A stretch of DNA of 64,000 bases from an uncultured virus (IMG/VR IMGVR_UViG_3300021185_002503) (lineage: Duplodnaviria; Heunggongvirae; Uroviricota; Caudoviricetes): IMG/VR virus record IMGVR_UViG_3300021185_002503. One strand, 5' to 3'. Numbering within the stretch: position 1 is the first letter of the stretch; every line of letters starts with the position of its first letter. This document shows, in pieces, positions 29,827 to 40,028 of the stretch. The position numbers were made by a program, and so were the translations under genes. A model generated the notes under the pieces. The model worked only from the letters and a program-made list of their open reading frames with translations. It searched no databases and was not told the origin of the DNA.

Positions 29827-30758
29827 ATGAATTTTTATGGGTAGAAAAGTATCGTCCTAAAACCATTGACGACTGTATATTACCAGACAACATTAAGCAA
29901 ACTTTTAAAGCGGTTGTTAACGGAGGTGAATTGCACAACATGCTATTGACTGGCACAGCTGGTCTTGGTAAAACTACAGTCGCCAAAGCGTTATGTAACG
30001 AACTCGATTTAGATTATTTATTAATTAATGGTTCAGAAGAATCAGGTATTGATACACTAAGAAACAAAATTAAACAATTCGCTTCATCGGTCTCACTCCA
30101 AGGTGGCTACAAAGTAGTTATCCTCGATGAAGCGGATTACCTTAATCCACAATCTACACAACCAGCACTAAGAGGATTTATCGAAGAGTTCTCAGCTAAT
30201 TGTAGATTTATACTTACATGTAATTTTAAGAACCGAATTATTGACCCATTGCATTCTCGCTGTAGTGTGATTGAATTTAATATCTCTAAAAAAGAGTCGG
30301 TAAAATTATGTGGTTCTTTTCTACAAAGAAGCAAAAACATTCTCGCTGAAGAAGGTGTTGCATATGACGAAAAGATTTTAGCAGAACTCATTATGAAATA
30401 TATGCCAGATTGGCGAAGAGTTCTAAATGAATTACAGCGATACGGAACATCGGGTAATATTGATTCAGGTATTCTTGTTTCACTATCTGATGTATCAATC
30501 AATGAGCTAATGAACGCTCTTAAACTTAAAGACTTTAAAAAGATGAGACAATGGGTGTCTAATAATATTGACTCAGACCCAGCTCAGCTATTCAGAAAAA
30601 TATATGATAATATGAACGATTATGTAAATCCACAGAGTATTCCACAGTTGGTTCTTATTCTCGCCGATTATCAATATAAGAATAGTTTTGTTGCTGACCA
30701 TGAACTCAATATGGTTGCTTGTTGTACAGAAATAATGGCAGGAGTACAATTCAAATGA
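29823..30758 (+). CDS. gp44: Clamp loader large subunit gp44
   Basis: LWVEKYRP, GLGKTT, LDEAD, SRC. Confidence 0.95.
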   Translation: MNEFLWVEKYRPKTIDDCILPDNIKQTFKAVVNGGELHNMLLTGTAGLGKTTVAKALCNELDLDYLLINGSEESGIDTLRNKIKQFASSVSLQGGYKVVILDEADYLNPQSTQPALRGFIEEFSANCRFILTCNFKNRIIDPLHSRCSVIEFNISKKESVKLCGSFLQRSKNILAEEGVAYDEKILAELIMKYMPDWRRVLNELQRYGTSGNIDSGILVSLSDVSINELMNALKLKDFKKMRQWVSNNIDSDPAQLFRKIYDNMNDYVNPQSIPQLVLILADYQYKNSFVADHELNMVACCTEIMAGVQFK

Positions 30759-30922
30759 GATGGGATATTATTGTAGTTAGTTATGACGGTGCTGAAAAAT
30801 ATAGGGCATGCCGATTTAATGAAGATAATGTAATAACCAAAGAACAAACCTTTGAAAACAAAATCGAAGCAGAGGTTTATATCGCATACGAACAAAAACA
30901 GGAACAGAATGAATCCGTTTGA
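30755..30922 (+). CDS. Small hypothetical protein
   Basis: GGAG RBS; ATGA overlap with the gp44 stop. Confidence 0.55.
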   Translation: MRWDIIVVSYDGAEKYRACRFNEDNVITKEQTFENKIEAEVYIAYEQKQEQNESV

Positions 30923-31292
30923 CTATTTAAAATCTATTAATTCGACCAAGAAAAACATTATGGTCGATGATGTAACTGAAAAAGAATACAGTCCATTTAT
31001 TATTAATCGTGGATTGTCATTCTTTCCAGATACGATTTTATATGCTAACGAAATGAATCTAAAACACCACCTAGACCATAGGCTTCAATATGATTTTCTT
31101 ATAAATATAATTAAGAAGAAAAAACGGTTCTCAAAGTGGGTTAAGCCACAAGAGGTTACCGATATCGAAGTCATAAAAGAATATTATGGATATAGCGACG
31201 AAAAGGCTAAATCTGTTATACAATTATTAAATGATGATAAAATAGAAGAATTGAAACAAAGGATTTATAAAGGTGGAAAACGAAAATATTGA
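30909..31292 (+). CDS. gp62: Clamp loader small subunit gp62
   Basis: YSPFIINRGLS, ANEMN, EYYGYS, KGG. Confidence 0.9.
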   Translation: MNPFDYLKSINSTKKNIMVDDVTEKEYSPFIINRGLSFFPDTILYANEMNLKHHLDHRLQYDFLINIIKKKKRFSKWVKPQEVTDIEVIKEYYGYSDEKAKSVIQLLNDDKIEELKQRIYKGGKRKY

Positions 31293-31698
31293 AATAAAAA
31301 ACTGGTCACCAGCTGATATGCTAGAAGTATCTTTAAACGAACCGGACGATTTTCTTAAAGTACGAGAAACATTAACTCGTATTGGAGTCGCGTCAAGAAA
31401 AGATAACAAACTTTTTCAGTCATGTCATATTTTGCATAAGCAAGGTAGGTACTTTTTAGTACACTTTAAAGAATTATTCTTATTAGATGGTAAGCCGTCT
31501 AATTTAATCGAGAATGATTTACAAAGAAGAAACACAATTGCCACCTTATTGGCTGATTGGGGTTTAATTAGTATAATTAAAAAAGGCCCTGTAACAGAAC
31601 TTGCACCATTGAGACAAATTAAGGTTATACCTTTTAAAGAAAAAGCTCATTGGGAATTATGTCCAAAATATAACATTGGTAACTCGAATAAGCAGTAA
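31273..31698 (+). CDS. regA: Translational repressor RegA
   Basis: DDFLKVRETLTRIG, QSCHILHKQGRY, WELCPKYNIG. Confidence 0.95.
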   Translation: MENENIEIKNWSPADMLEVSLNEPDDFLKVRETLTRIGVASRKDNKLFQSCHILHKQGRYFLVHFKELFLLDGKPSNLIENDLQRRNTIATLLADWGLISIIKKGPVTELAPLRQIKVIPFKEKAHWELCPKYNIGNSNKQ

Positions 31699-31734
31699 AA
31701 GTCTTATAAATAATAGTAAATTATAGGAGATTAA

Positions 31735-32634
31735 ATGAGTACACTAACAACAAATGGTTCATTAGCATTTTCTGAAATAGAACTTGAGTACGATGTATAT
31801 CAAGGTTCTTCACCGTTCGGAATAAATGGCTATTATGATGCAGACCCGTATCATGATGTACCAGTTTCTGGAACTATTAGCGTAGATGATATGCGCGGTA
31901 CAAGTAAACAAACTGTTAGAATAGAAGCTGGAGAATCCAGCGACAGTGCTACACGATATGGATTTAGTGAATATCAAGGAAGTTCATATTACGTAGCTGA
32001 AAGCGGAGAATCAGCTGCTGCATTTGGAACCGAAAGTAGAACAGCTGACGTTTTAACAGATACAACAGATATTAGAGGTATAGTTGCTGAGTTGTCTGGT
32101 TATATGGGAGGCCAAGCCACGCAAAGTGCTAGTGCAGGTAGTACAGTCGCAGGAAGTGGTGTTAATCTTTTAATATCTATTAATACTTCAACGACCAGTG
32201 GGTGGAGCAACTGTTCAGCATTTTGTGATAGTCTACCACACGCACCTGGAAGCGTATACAATCCATGGGGCGGAGGAACATCTTCAACCTATCAAGTAGC
32301 AGATGGATATGGCTATGCCACTACACAAACTAGTGCAAATACTGTATACACATTCGCTAGACAAGCATATGGGACTTTACCAGCTGGCCAGTCAGGGACA
32401 CAAACAACTGGATATTTTGATTTGTATCATACCAAAGCTTTATCTAACACAAACCCAAGCGCTTACGGTATACACTATTCAAATGCATGGAATTCAAGAT
32501 ACAATTGGGTGGCCAACTCATTTTTTACAGGCCATCAAAACAAATATAAACATGCCGCACAAATGCTTTATTCTGGAGCTCGAGCTGACGAACTGACAGG
32601 CTCAGGTAATGAAGTATACTTTTATTTTTATTAA
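31735..32634 (+). CDS. Late-expressed Ser/Thr/Gly-rich protein, probable virion fibre/adhesin
   Basis: Late promoter; VPVSGTISVDDMRG motif; composition. Confidence 0.55.
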   Translation: MSTLTTNGSLAFSEIELEYDVYQGSSPFGINGYYDADPYHDVPVSGTISVDDMRGTSKQTVRIEAGESSDSATRYGFSEYQGSSYYVAESGESAAAFGTESRTADVLTDTTDIRGIVAELSGYMGGQATQSASAGSTVAGSGVNLLISINTSTTSGWSNCSAFCDSLPHAPGSVYNPWGGGTSSTYQVADGYGYATTQTSANTVYTFARQAYGTLPAGQSGTQTTGYFDLYHTKALSNTNPSAYGIHYSNAWNSRYNWVANSFFTGHQNKYKHAAQMLYSGARADELTGSGNEVYFYFY

Positions 32635-32643
32635 GGAGAAATT

Positions 32644-33174
32644 ATGATAACATATACAATTGAAAAAGTAGATTTAATTAATAAGCAAGTACTTGTTAAA
32701 TACCAAAATGAGGGACACAATGATTGGTATAGAAAAATGGGTTTACCAGATAGTTTTGACGATGACTATTTACACGCCCTTGCAGAAAAAAATGCTTCAG
32801 TAGCTGCAAAATGGTGGAAAAAAACTAAAGGTGTTGTAGATAATTATGTAGTTGCTGAACCTACTAAAACAATTAAAGAAATTGTTCTTTCAGATGAACC
32901 AGATTTTGACCCACAAGTTTCTGACTTAACATGGGAATGGACTGAAGATGCTACTACTAAATATAAAACATATACAGTTACAGAAAAATCACCTGAAGAC
33001 ATGGCTTTTCAAATTAGAGAAAGAAGAAATCAAGAGATTGGTATAACTGATATTTTTGCTTTATCAGATAGAACAATGAGTGATGAAATGAAAGCTTATA
33101 GAAAAGCTTTAAGAGATATCACTAAACAGGAAACTTTTCCAAATAGTGTTGTTTGGCCAATCTACCCAATTTAG
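32644..33174 (+). CDS. Tail-fibre assembly chaperone-like protein
   Basis: IRERRN...YRKALRDITKQETFPNSVVWP C-terminus. Confidence 0.7.
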   Translation: MITYTIEKVDLINKQVLVKYQNEGHNDWYRKMGLPDSFDDDYLHALAEKNASVAAKWWKKTKGVVDNYVVAEPTKTIKEIVLSDEPDFDPQVSDLTWEWTEDATTKYKTYTVTEKSPEDMAFQIRERRNQEIGITDIFALSDRTMSDEMKAYRKALRDITKQETFPNSVVWPIYPI

Positions 33175-33182
33175 GATTTAAT

Positions 33183-34304
33183 ATGTCAGCTAAGAAGCTA
33201 GGATTCTATGTATTAATTACACGAGGCGTTGCCGCAATGAAAAGGCATAAGCGCATGTGGGACGGTAGTCAAAGTCAAACACTTGATAAGTCAGAAGTAA
33301 AATTTGTAATTAATACAAGAAATGATAATTTTAAAGCCACTGCTACAGAATGGCTTGATTCAGAAGGGATATCTTGGGTATCTACAAAAAGTAATGGAGG
33401 ACCTTCAAAAGGTAAAAACTCTGTTCTTACTGAATTTTTAAAATCTGACGATGACTATATGGTAATGATAGATGGTGATGACTTTTTAACACCTCATGGA
33501 ATTTACTTATATAAAGCACTTGCAAATCCAGAAGCACATGCTACAGCAGCTGGTGCACCTGATGATTGGGTAAGGCCTACACCTCCAGATGTAATTTCAA
33601 TAGAAAACCAATATGGTATTATTCCAAACGAAGGTTATAGTTGGCACATGCGATGGGACGATGCAATAAGGTCATCACACCGACATGCATTAGACCCTAA
33701 TAATCAAGAACACATTGCCGGACGTGGATATAGATGTTTCTTAAGGCCCCAGGGCTGGTGGGATTGGGCCATGGCCGGAAATTGGATTGAAAAAGGAAGT
33801 CCATACTTAACACTGTTATCTGATGCTCACCAAGAATTAACAAAATACGAACATGATTATGTTAATGGCTGTGAATCACATAATAGAGTCACATGGTATT
33901 CTCGTAAAGCAGTAGAATATGCACAGTTTCCAGAAGATTTGCTAGTAGGTGAAGACGTAATTAATTACCTAGAAGTAAAAGACGCTGGCAAAAAAGGTTT
34001 ACTAGACGTAAGAGCTATGAATGACCTTTATCCAACTTATGTTTATGACCAAAGAATAGGCGGAATTGTATCATTAGCAAATGATAAAAACCATGGTCGT
34101 GGATGGTTAGATTGGATGACTGTTTTTATTCAGTATTTTAAAAGATACGAAGCAGCTGGAAAATTGCATCACATCGATGATTATCTAATCCCTTGGATTG
34201 ACTTACCTTATTGGCCAGATGGATATAAACCCGATACTTTAAATTTAGTACAATTCCCTCAACCTTCAACATCGTGGGAAAAATATTTTGGTCCTAGAGA
34301 CTAA
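33183..34304 (+). CDS. GT-A fold glycosyltransferase-like protein
   Basis: SNGGPSKGKNS, MIDGDDFL (DxD), VGED. Confidence 0.65.
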   Translation: MSAKKLGFYVLITRGVAAMKRHKRMWDGSQSQTLDKSEVKFVINTRNDNFKATATEWLDSEGISWVSTKSNGGPSKGKNSVLTEFLKSDDDYMVMIDGDDFLTPHGIYLYKALANPEAHATAAGAPDDWVRPTPPDVISIENQYGIIPNEGYSWHMRWDDAIRSSHRHALDPNNQEHIAGRGYRCFLRPQGWWDWAMAGNWIEKGSPYLTLLSDAHQELTKYEHDYVNGCESHNRVTWYSRKAVEYAQFPEDLLVGEDVINYLEVKDAGKKGLLDVRAMNDLYPTYVYDQRIGGIVSLANDKNHGRGWLDWMTVFIQYFKRYEAAGKLHHIDDYLIPWIDLPYWPDGYKPDTLNLVQFPQPSTSWEKYFGPRD

Positions 34305-34375
34305 TTAACACTGTACAAATCAATTAAAACCTGGTATAATACACATATAAGATAAAAAATCTTATAAATAAAACC

Positions 34376-34432
34376 GAGATGCCGGATAACCGGGTCTCAT
34401 AATATTAATAACCCTTGCTTAATAATAGGAGG
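34376..34432 (+). promoter_or_regulatory. Structured hsp20 5'UTR with a ROSE-like thermometer hairpin
   Basis: CCTTGCT (34413-19) can pair with the SD AGGAGG (34427-32) with a bulged G; upstream hairpin GAGATGCCGG-ATAA-CCGGGTCTC. Confidence 0.55.
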
Positions 34433-34439
34433 AAATAAG

Positions 34440-34895
34440 ATGGTTAGAAATACTTTGAACGTACCTCGTTCACTTTTTGTAGGCTTTGAAGGCCTGTTCG
34501 ATGAACTAGAAAGGATTCACACATCCGCTAGGTCAGGGAATGACAATTACCCACCACACAACATCGTGAAAGTCGATGAGGAACAATTCCTTATCGAGAT
34601 GGCTGTTGCTGGATTTACTAAAGATGATGTTGAACTTGAAGTCAAGGATGGCATTCTTAAGGTAAGAGGTAAAGTTGAAAATGACGAACGTGAATATGCT
34701 TATAAAGGTATATCATCCCGCAAATTTGAGAAGAGCTTCCGTCTCTCAGAATTTGTCGTAATAGATGGTGCCGATTTAGAGAACGGAATACTAGTGGTGT
34801 ATGCCAGAGTAGAGGTTCCCGAGGAAAGGCGTCCTAGGAAGATTCAAATAGGGTCTGCTGGGGCATCAAAGAAGAAGGAATTTATTCAAGAATAG
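34440..34895 (+). CDS. Small heat-shock protein Hsp20 (IbpA-like)
   Basis: NYPPHNI, EMAVAGF, KGISSRKF, ADLENGIL, PRKIQI. Confidence 0.92.
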   Translation: MVRNTLNVPRSLFVGFEGLFDELERIHTSARSGNDNYPPHNIVKVDEEQFLIEMAVAGFTKDDVELEVKDGILKVRGKVENDEREYAYKGISSRKFEKSFRLSEFVVIDGADLENGILVVYARVEVPEERRPRKIQIGSAGASKKKEFIQE

Positions 34896-34956
34896 ATTCT
34901 GGTGAGCAGCGAAAACCTAGTAGATAAGTAATAAACTTTTTTACTGGAGAACAGCA

Positions 34957-35097
34957 ATGAAAGCACTTATGCATTTCGTAGAAAAACACGAGGACATTGC
35001 GGAGGCCCTAGGAGGAGTAACTATCATGTTACTAACAGGAGGAGCAATATTAGGTATTGCACCGTCCATTATACTCATGACTAGTCAAAACTTCTAG
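34957..35097 (+). CDS. 46-aa single-TM protein; not in the ORF track
   Basis: MKALMHFVEKHEDIAEALGGVTIMLLTGGAILGIAPSIILMTSQNF; GGAG RBS; followed by a terminator. Confidence 0.6.
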   Translation: MKALMHFVEKHEDIAEALGGVTIMLLTGGAILGIAPSIILMTSQNF

Positions 35098-35118
35098 CTT
35101 CCAATTGAAAACTCATGC

Positions 35119-35148
35119 GGGGGGAGAGCAGTCTCCCTCCACTTTTTT
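35119..35148 (+). terminator. Rho-independent terminator
   Basis: GGGGGGAGA-gcag-TCTCCCTCC followed by a T run. Confidence 0.75.
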
Positions 35149-35212
35149 CAAAAAACACTGTACAAACCTATGATAGTATGGTATAATATATAATATACAA
35201 GGTGACAATTAT

Positions 35213-37735
35213 ATGATGAAATTCTACACAAACGTATCCCGATATGGCAATATGCTATTATATCGTGGTTATGAAAATGGAAAACGTGTAACACAAAAAA
35301 TCAAATACGGTCCGAAACTATATGTTTCAACAAACCGTCCAACATCATGGAAAGCACTTGACGGAACTCCAGTCGGAGAAGTCAGATTTGAATCCATGCG
35401 AGAAGCCAAAGATTGGATTGGCGTAAACAAAGATGTAGCTGGTAGAGATATCTTTGGAAACACTCGTTATATTTCTACCTTTATTAACGATGAATTCCCT
35501 GGACAGATTGAATTCAATCGTAATCTAATTAACGTAACAACAATCGACATCGAGGTCGCATCAGACGACGGATTCCCAGAGCCAGATAGAGCAGACAATG
35601 TCATTACAGCTATTACTATCAAAAACAATATCGATAATACTTACTACGTCTGGGGACTCGGTGATTATAATGTTGAAAATACTATTATGAAAACCCACCG
35701 TGTGGTCTATAAAAGATTCGAACAAGAATCTAGTTTGTTAATTGATTTTATTGGCCATTGGGATTCAACAACACATTCACCAGATGTTATTACTGGTTGG
35801 AATACAAGATTCTTTGATATTCCATATTTACATAACAGAATTCTAAAACTTCTTGGCGAACAATTCTCTAAGCGACTAAGTCCTTGGGGAATGATTGAAC
35901 GTAGAGAAATTACTAAACAAGGCAGAACACAAGTTGCTTATGAATTAAAAGGTATATCTAATATGGATTACCTAGAGCTATTCATTAAGTTTGGTTACTC
36001 ATACGGTGCTCAAGAATCTTACAAACTCGACCATATTGCAAATGTCGTACTTGGCGAAAAGAAATTGTCATACGAAGAATATGGTTCAATTTACAGTTTA
36101 TATAAAAACGATTTCCAAAAGTTTATTGATTATAATATCAAAGACGTTGAGTTGGTTGATAGACTAGAAGATAAGATGGGACTTATTACTCTTGCAATGA
36201 CAATCGCATATAAAGCAGGTGTAAACTATTCTGATACTTTTGGCACAACTGCTATATGGGACACAATCATTTATCGTAAATTGACAGATAATAAAATGGT
36301 TGTTCCATTCTCAGAAGATAAAACAAAAACTAATTATCCTGGTGGTTTCGTAAAAGACCCATTGGTTGGTATTCATGACAACGTGGTCAGCTTCGACCTC
36401 AACTCACTATATCCTTCTATCATTATGCAATACAATATGTCACCTGAAACTATTGCAGATGGAGAAGTTACTAAAGTTGATATCGAAGCTGTCCTCACCA
36501 AATCACAAAACATCGACAATAAAGGCAAAGCCCTAGCCGCAAATGGACAATACTTCAGAACAGAAAAGCAAGGTATTCTTCCAGCGATTATTGACGACAT
36601 GTATAACGAAAGGGTTGGCATTAAAAGGGAAATGATTAATGCTCAAAAGAAATTACAAAAGGTAGATAAAAATGATAAACAAGAGCTTTACTCGATTGAA
36701 AGGGAAATTTCACTGTCCGAGAATAGACAGATGGCAATTAAAATTCTTCTTAATTCTCTCTATGGTGCTATGGGGAATAAATACTTTAGATTCTTTGACC
36801 AGAGAATCGCAGAAGCAATTACACTCACCGGACAACTTACAATACGATGGGCCGAATATGCAATCAACGCCCATCTCAATAAAACCTTGCGAAAAGGAAA
36901 AACCTGGAAAGACTATGTCCTCGCAATCGACACAGATTCATTGTATGTATGCCTAGATGATTTAGTAAAAGCAATCAATCCACCTAATCCTATCGACTTC
37001 CTTGATAAAGTCTGTGCACAAAATCTAGAGCCAGTACTCGAAAAGTCATATGACGAATTATATTCTATGTTTGGTGGCATTGATAATCGTATGGTAATGA
37101 AACGAGAAGCTATTGCAGACAAAGGATTGTGGACGGCTAAAAAGCGATATATTCTAAACGTCCATGATAACGAAGGTGTTCGATATGCTGAACCTAAACT
37201 CAAGATTATGGGTATTGAAGCTATTAAATCGTCAACACCTGAGCCATGTCGTGATGCTCTTAAACAGATATTCAAAGTTATTATGAGTGGTAACGAAAGC
37301 CAAACTCAACAAGCTATTGACCATTTTAAAAATTACTTTAATACATTACAGCCACATGAAATTGCATTCCCTCGTGGCGTATCCAAAGTTAGAGAATACA
37401 AAGGTAATACAACTATTTACAGAAAAGGTACACCAATCCATGTCAGAGGCTCATTATTATACAACAGCCAAGTTGATGACCTTTCATTAAATAAAAAATA
37501 CACAAAAATCAAAAACGGCGAAAAGATTAAATTCGTCTATTTGAAAACGCCAAATCGTATACATGAAAATGTAATCGCATTCCCTGATTACTTACCAGAC
37601 GAATTTGGTTTACACAAATATATTGACTTTGAATTGCAATTCCAAAAAACATTCTTGGACCCAATTCAACCAGTATTGGATGCTGTAGGGTGGTCACCTG
37701 AAGAGATATCTACATTGGAGGATTTCTTTGGATAA
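35213..37735 (+). CDS. gp43: Family B DNA polymerase gp43
   Basis: Exonuclease [34 protein letters not shown]. Confidence 0.97.
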   Translation: MMKFYTNVSRYGNMLLYRGYENGKRVTQKIKYGPKLYVSTNRPTSWKALDGTPVGEVRFESMREAKDWIGVNKDVAGRDIFGNTRYISTFINDEFPGQIEFNRNLINVTTIDIEVASDDGFPEPDRADNVITAITIKNNIDNTYYVWGLGDYNVENTIMKTHRVVYKRFEQESSLLIDFIGHWDSTTHSPDVITGWNTRFFDIPYLHNRILKLLGEQFSKRLSPWGMIERREITKQGRTQVAYELKGISNMDYLELFIKFGYSYGAQESYKLDHIANVVLGEKKLSYEEYGSIYSLYKNDFQKFIDYNIKDVELVDRLEDKMGLITLAMTIAYKAGVNYSDTFGTTAIWDTIIYRKLTDNKMVVPFSEDKTKTNYPGGFVKDPLVGIHDNVVSFDLNSLYPSIIMQYNMSPETIADGEVTKVDIEAVLTKSQNIDNKGKALAANGQYFRTEKQGILPAIIDDMYNERVGIKREMINAQKKLQKVDKNDKQELYSIEREISLSENRQMAIKILLNSLYGAMGNKYFRFFDQRIAEAITLTGQLTIRWAEYAINAHLNKTLRKGKTWKDYVLAIDTDSLYVCLDDLVKAINPPNPIDFLDKVCAQNLEPVLEKSYDELYSMFGGIDNRMVMKREAIADKGLWTAKKRYILNVHDNEGVRYAEPKLKIMGIEAIKSSTPEPCRDALKQIFKVIMSGNESQTQQAIDHFKNYFNTLQPHEIAFPRGVSKVREYKGNTTIYRKGTPIHVRGSLLYNSQVDDLSLNKKYTKIKNGEKIKFVYLKTPNRIHENVIAFPDYLPDEFGLHKYIDFELQFQKTFLDPIQPVLDAVGWSPEEISTLEDFFG

Positions 37736-37789
37736 ACACTGTACATTTATTAATAAGTATGGTATAATACTACAAAATGGAGAAAACTT

Positions 37790-38104
37790 ATGAAAGAACT
37801 AAAAACTGAACAACTTCTAGTAAGACTCGTATCAGGAGAAGAAATTGTTGGTGATGTTACATTAGGAACTGATTCACTTACAATTGAAAACGGTTATAAC
37901 CTATTGCCAGGTGGTGAAGGTAAAATCGCTTTTATTCCTTTTATGGCTTACACAGAAGCACACAAAGGCGTTACAATTAGTAACAAACACGTATTATTTA
38001 CGGTAAAACCAGTTGGCCAACTTGCTGACCAGGTTAACCAAATGTCAGGTAAAAAAGGACCATCAATCCAAGTACCTAACAAGGATATCATAGTACCAAA
38101 ATGA
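37790..38104 (+). CDS. Sm-like conserved hypothetical protein
   Basis: VRLVSGEEIVG; own promoter and RBS. Confidence 0.6.
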   Translation: MKELKTEQLLVRLVSGEEIVGDVTLGTDSLTIENGYNLLPGGEGKIAFIPFMAYTEAHKGVTISNKHVLFTVKPVGQLADQVNQMSGKKGPSIQVPNKDIIVPK

Positions 38105-38730
38105 TAAAAACAATTGAACATGTAACAGATTGGATAAAGGCAGACGAAGTACCTACGCTATCAGTTCCTCAATATGAAGAATGGGTAACAGAATATGGCA
38201 AATTTACTGGTTCTAAAGACCCAGGAGGAAATCAAATCCATGGGGTATATCAATGGGCACATAAAAACGATTTAGAAAAAATTGGCGAAAAAGTTATTCA
38301 CGGAGACATTGGATATATCGGAACCGCGCTTAGAGATATTATTGGTAGAACAAGAGCAGTCACTGTACCAAAGGGAGCACATCCAATTAAGATGCTTTTG
38401 GCAGCAGGTGATTATGATGTTGAAGACTTAAGAGTTAGATATCTATTTATTAAGAATGCAGCTGATACAGTTAAGTTTGCTAATGGTCGAAAGCTCGAGA
38501 CATATTTACATGACGAAATGGATAAAAAATTTGGTTATAGATATAAGTGGGTAAATGCTCAACTGAGTAACGATAATAAACACAATTATGTTTTAAAGAA
38601 TTGGAGAGAACTTACATATATGCAAGCAATAAAGATTCTACCAGAAGTAATTGAGATAACAAAACTATTAGGTGCAAATCATATTGCATCAGAAGTAGAA
38701 CAAATAGTTAATGGAGACTATAATGAGTAA
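38101..38730 (+). CDS. Putative GIY-YIG nuclease-like protein
   Basis: GVYQW...GYIGTA...IIGR...LE...N pattern. Confidence 0.5.
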   Translation: MIKTIEHVTDWIKADEVPTLSVPQYEEWVTEYGKFTGSKDPGGNQIHGVYQWAHKNDLEKIGEKVIHGDIGYIGTALRDIIGRTRAVTVPKGAHPIKMLLAAGDYDVEDLRVRYLFIKNAADTVKFANGRKLETYLHDEMDKKFGYRYKWVNAQLSNDNKHNYVLKNWRELTYMQAIKILPEVIEITKLLGANHIASEVEQIVNGDYNE

Positions 38731-39133
38731 AGATTGGGTAAAAGACATATCAGATATGCACTACAAATATGGCGTAAAGATGTGGATGCACAAGAATAAA
38801 GACGATGCTGAAAAGCTACGTAAGTATCTAGAATTTAGAGTTAAGTTTATAAGAGAAGAACTAATGGAAACAGAAGCAGCTCTTACAAATAATGACCCAG
38901 AAGAAATTGTCGATGGATTAATTGATTTATGTGTTGTTGCTATTGGTACACTTGACGCATTCGGGATTGACCCATATAAAGCATGGGACGAAGTACTCAA
39001 AGCAAATCTTTCAAAAGAAGTAGGTGTAAAAGAATCTAGGCCAAATCCACTTGGATTGCCAGATTTAATTAAACCAGAAGGCTGGGAGGGTCCAGACCAC
39101 AGCGGTAATCATGGTTTCTTTAACAATATTTGA
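38723..39133 (+). CDS. All-alpha NTP pyrophosphohydrolase (MazG/PRA-PH-like; candidate dCTPase/dUTPase)
   Basis: EELME...EIVDGLID, ANLSK, KPEGW. Confidence 0.8.
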   Translation: MSKDWVKDISDMHYKYGVKMWMHKNKDDAEKLRKYLEFRVKFIREELMETEAALTNNDPEEIVDGLIDLCVVAIGTLDAFGIDPYKAWDEVLKANLSKEVGVKESRPNPLGLPDLIKPEGWEGPDHSGNHGFFNNI

Positions 39134-40028
39134 TTCGATATACGATAACAAAACTGAAAAACGAATGGACTACAATTCATTCGATGAGTTTGAGCAAGTT
39201 TTATATCGTTTAGCAGAACAGAAAAAGTATCTTAAGAAAAAAGATGCACCTTTAATTAGTCCAGCAATTTATAAGACCGAAACTACTCGAGCAAATTCCA
39301 ATGTCACGGGCTGGGGTGGTTTCGGCATCCTTGATATTGATGACTATGATGGTGATGTAAAAGATATCGAAAAGAAATATTCTCAATACAGATATGTTTG
39401 TTATTCAACAGCATCATCTACTATAGAAAAACCAAAGTTTCGTTTAGTATTTCCACTAACTGAAGCTGTTCCAGCAGATAAAATCAAACACTTTTGGTAT
39501 GCATTAAATAAAGAGATAGGAGATATCGCAGATGCACAAACTAAAGACTTATCCAGAATGTACTACGTACCAAGTCAATACGACGGAGCTTTCAATTTCA
39601 TATTCTCACATGATGGAAAACTTATGGAACCAATGGCACTCATGGAAAAACACAGATACGTTGTACCAAATGAATCATTTTTCGATAAGCTACCAGATGC
39701 AATCAAAAAGGGACTCATCGAACACAGAAAAGGACAACTTAACAACACTAACTATTCTTGGACCGGATATATGGACTGTCCTTTTGTAAACAAAAATCAA
39801 GTTGAAGAATATAAAACAATTAATGGAACTGGCTGGTATAGTAAAATGTATCAGATTATGGTATCGACTGCAGGTAATGCTATGTCTAAAGGATATCCAA
39901 TTACATCAAAAGAAATCGAGTATCTCTGTAGAGATTTAGATAATGATACTGGTAATTGGTATTCAAAAAGAGATATTGGTAGAGAAGCTGAGAGAGCTAT
40001 AGAGTTCGTTTTTAGGAATAATATTTAA
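39111..40028 (+). CDS. AEP-superfamily primase-like protein
   Basis: LDIDD, YSTASS...KFRLVFPL, KDLSRMYYVP, helical C-terminus. Confidence 0.6.
   Translation: MVSLTIFDSIYDNKTEKRMDYNSFDEFEQVLYRLAEQKKYLKKKDAPLISPAIYKTETTRANSNVTGWGGFGILDIDDYDGDVKDIEKKYSQYRYVCYSTASSTIEKPKFRLVFPLTEAVPADKIKHFWYALNKEIGDIADAQTKDLSRMYYVPSQYDGAFNFIFSHDGKLMEPMALMEKHRYVVPNESFFDKLPDAIKKGLIEHRKGQLNNTNYSWTGYMDCPFVNKNQVEEYKTINGTGWYSKMYQIMVSTAGNAMSKGYPITSKEIEYLCRDLDNDTGNWYSKRDIGREAERAIEFVFRNNI

Noticed and set aside
34896..34956. Known riboswitch upstream of the small membrane ORF
   Set aside because: I could not match any riboswitch consensus; only a weak hairpin is supportable
6721..37735. Introns or inteins in gp17, gp20, gp23, gp46, gp43
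   Set aside because: All are uninterrupted and of normal length with no splicing motifs
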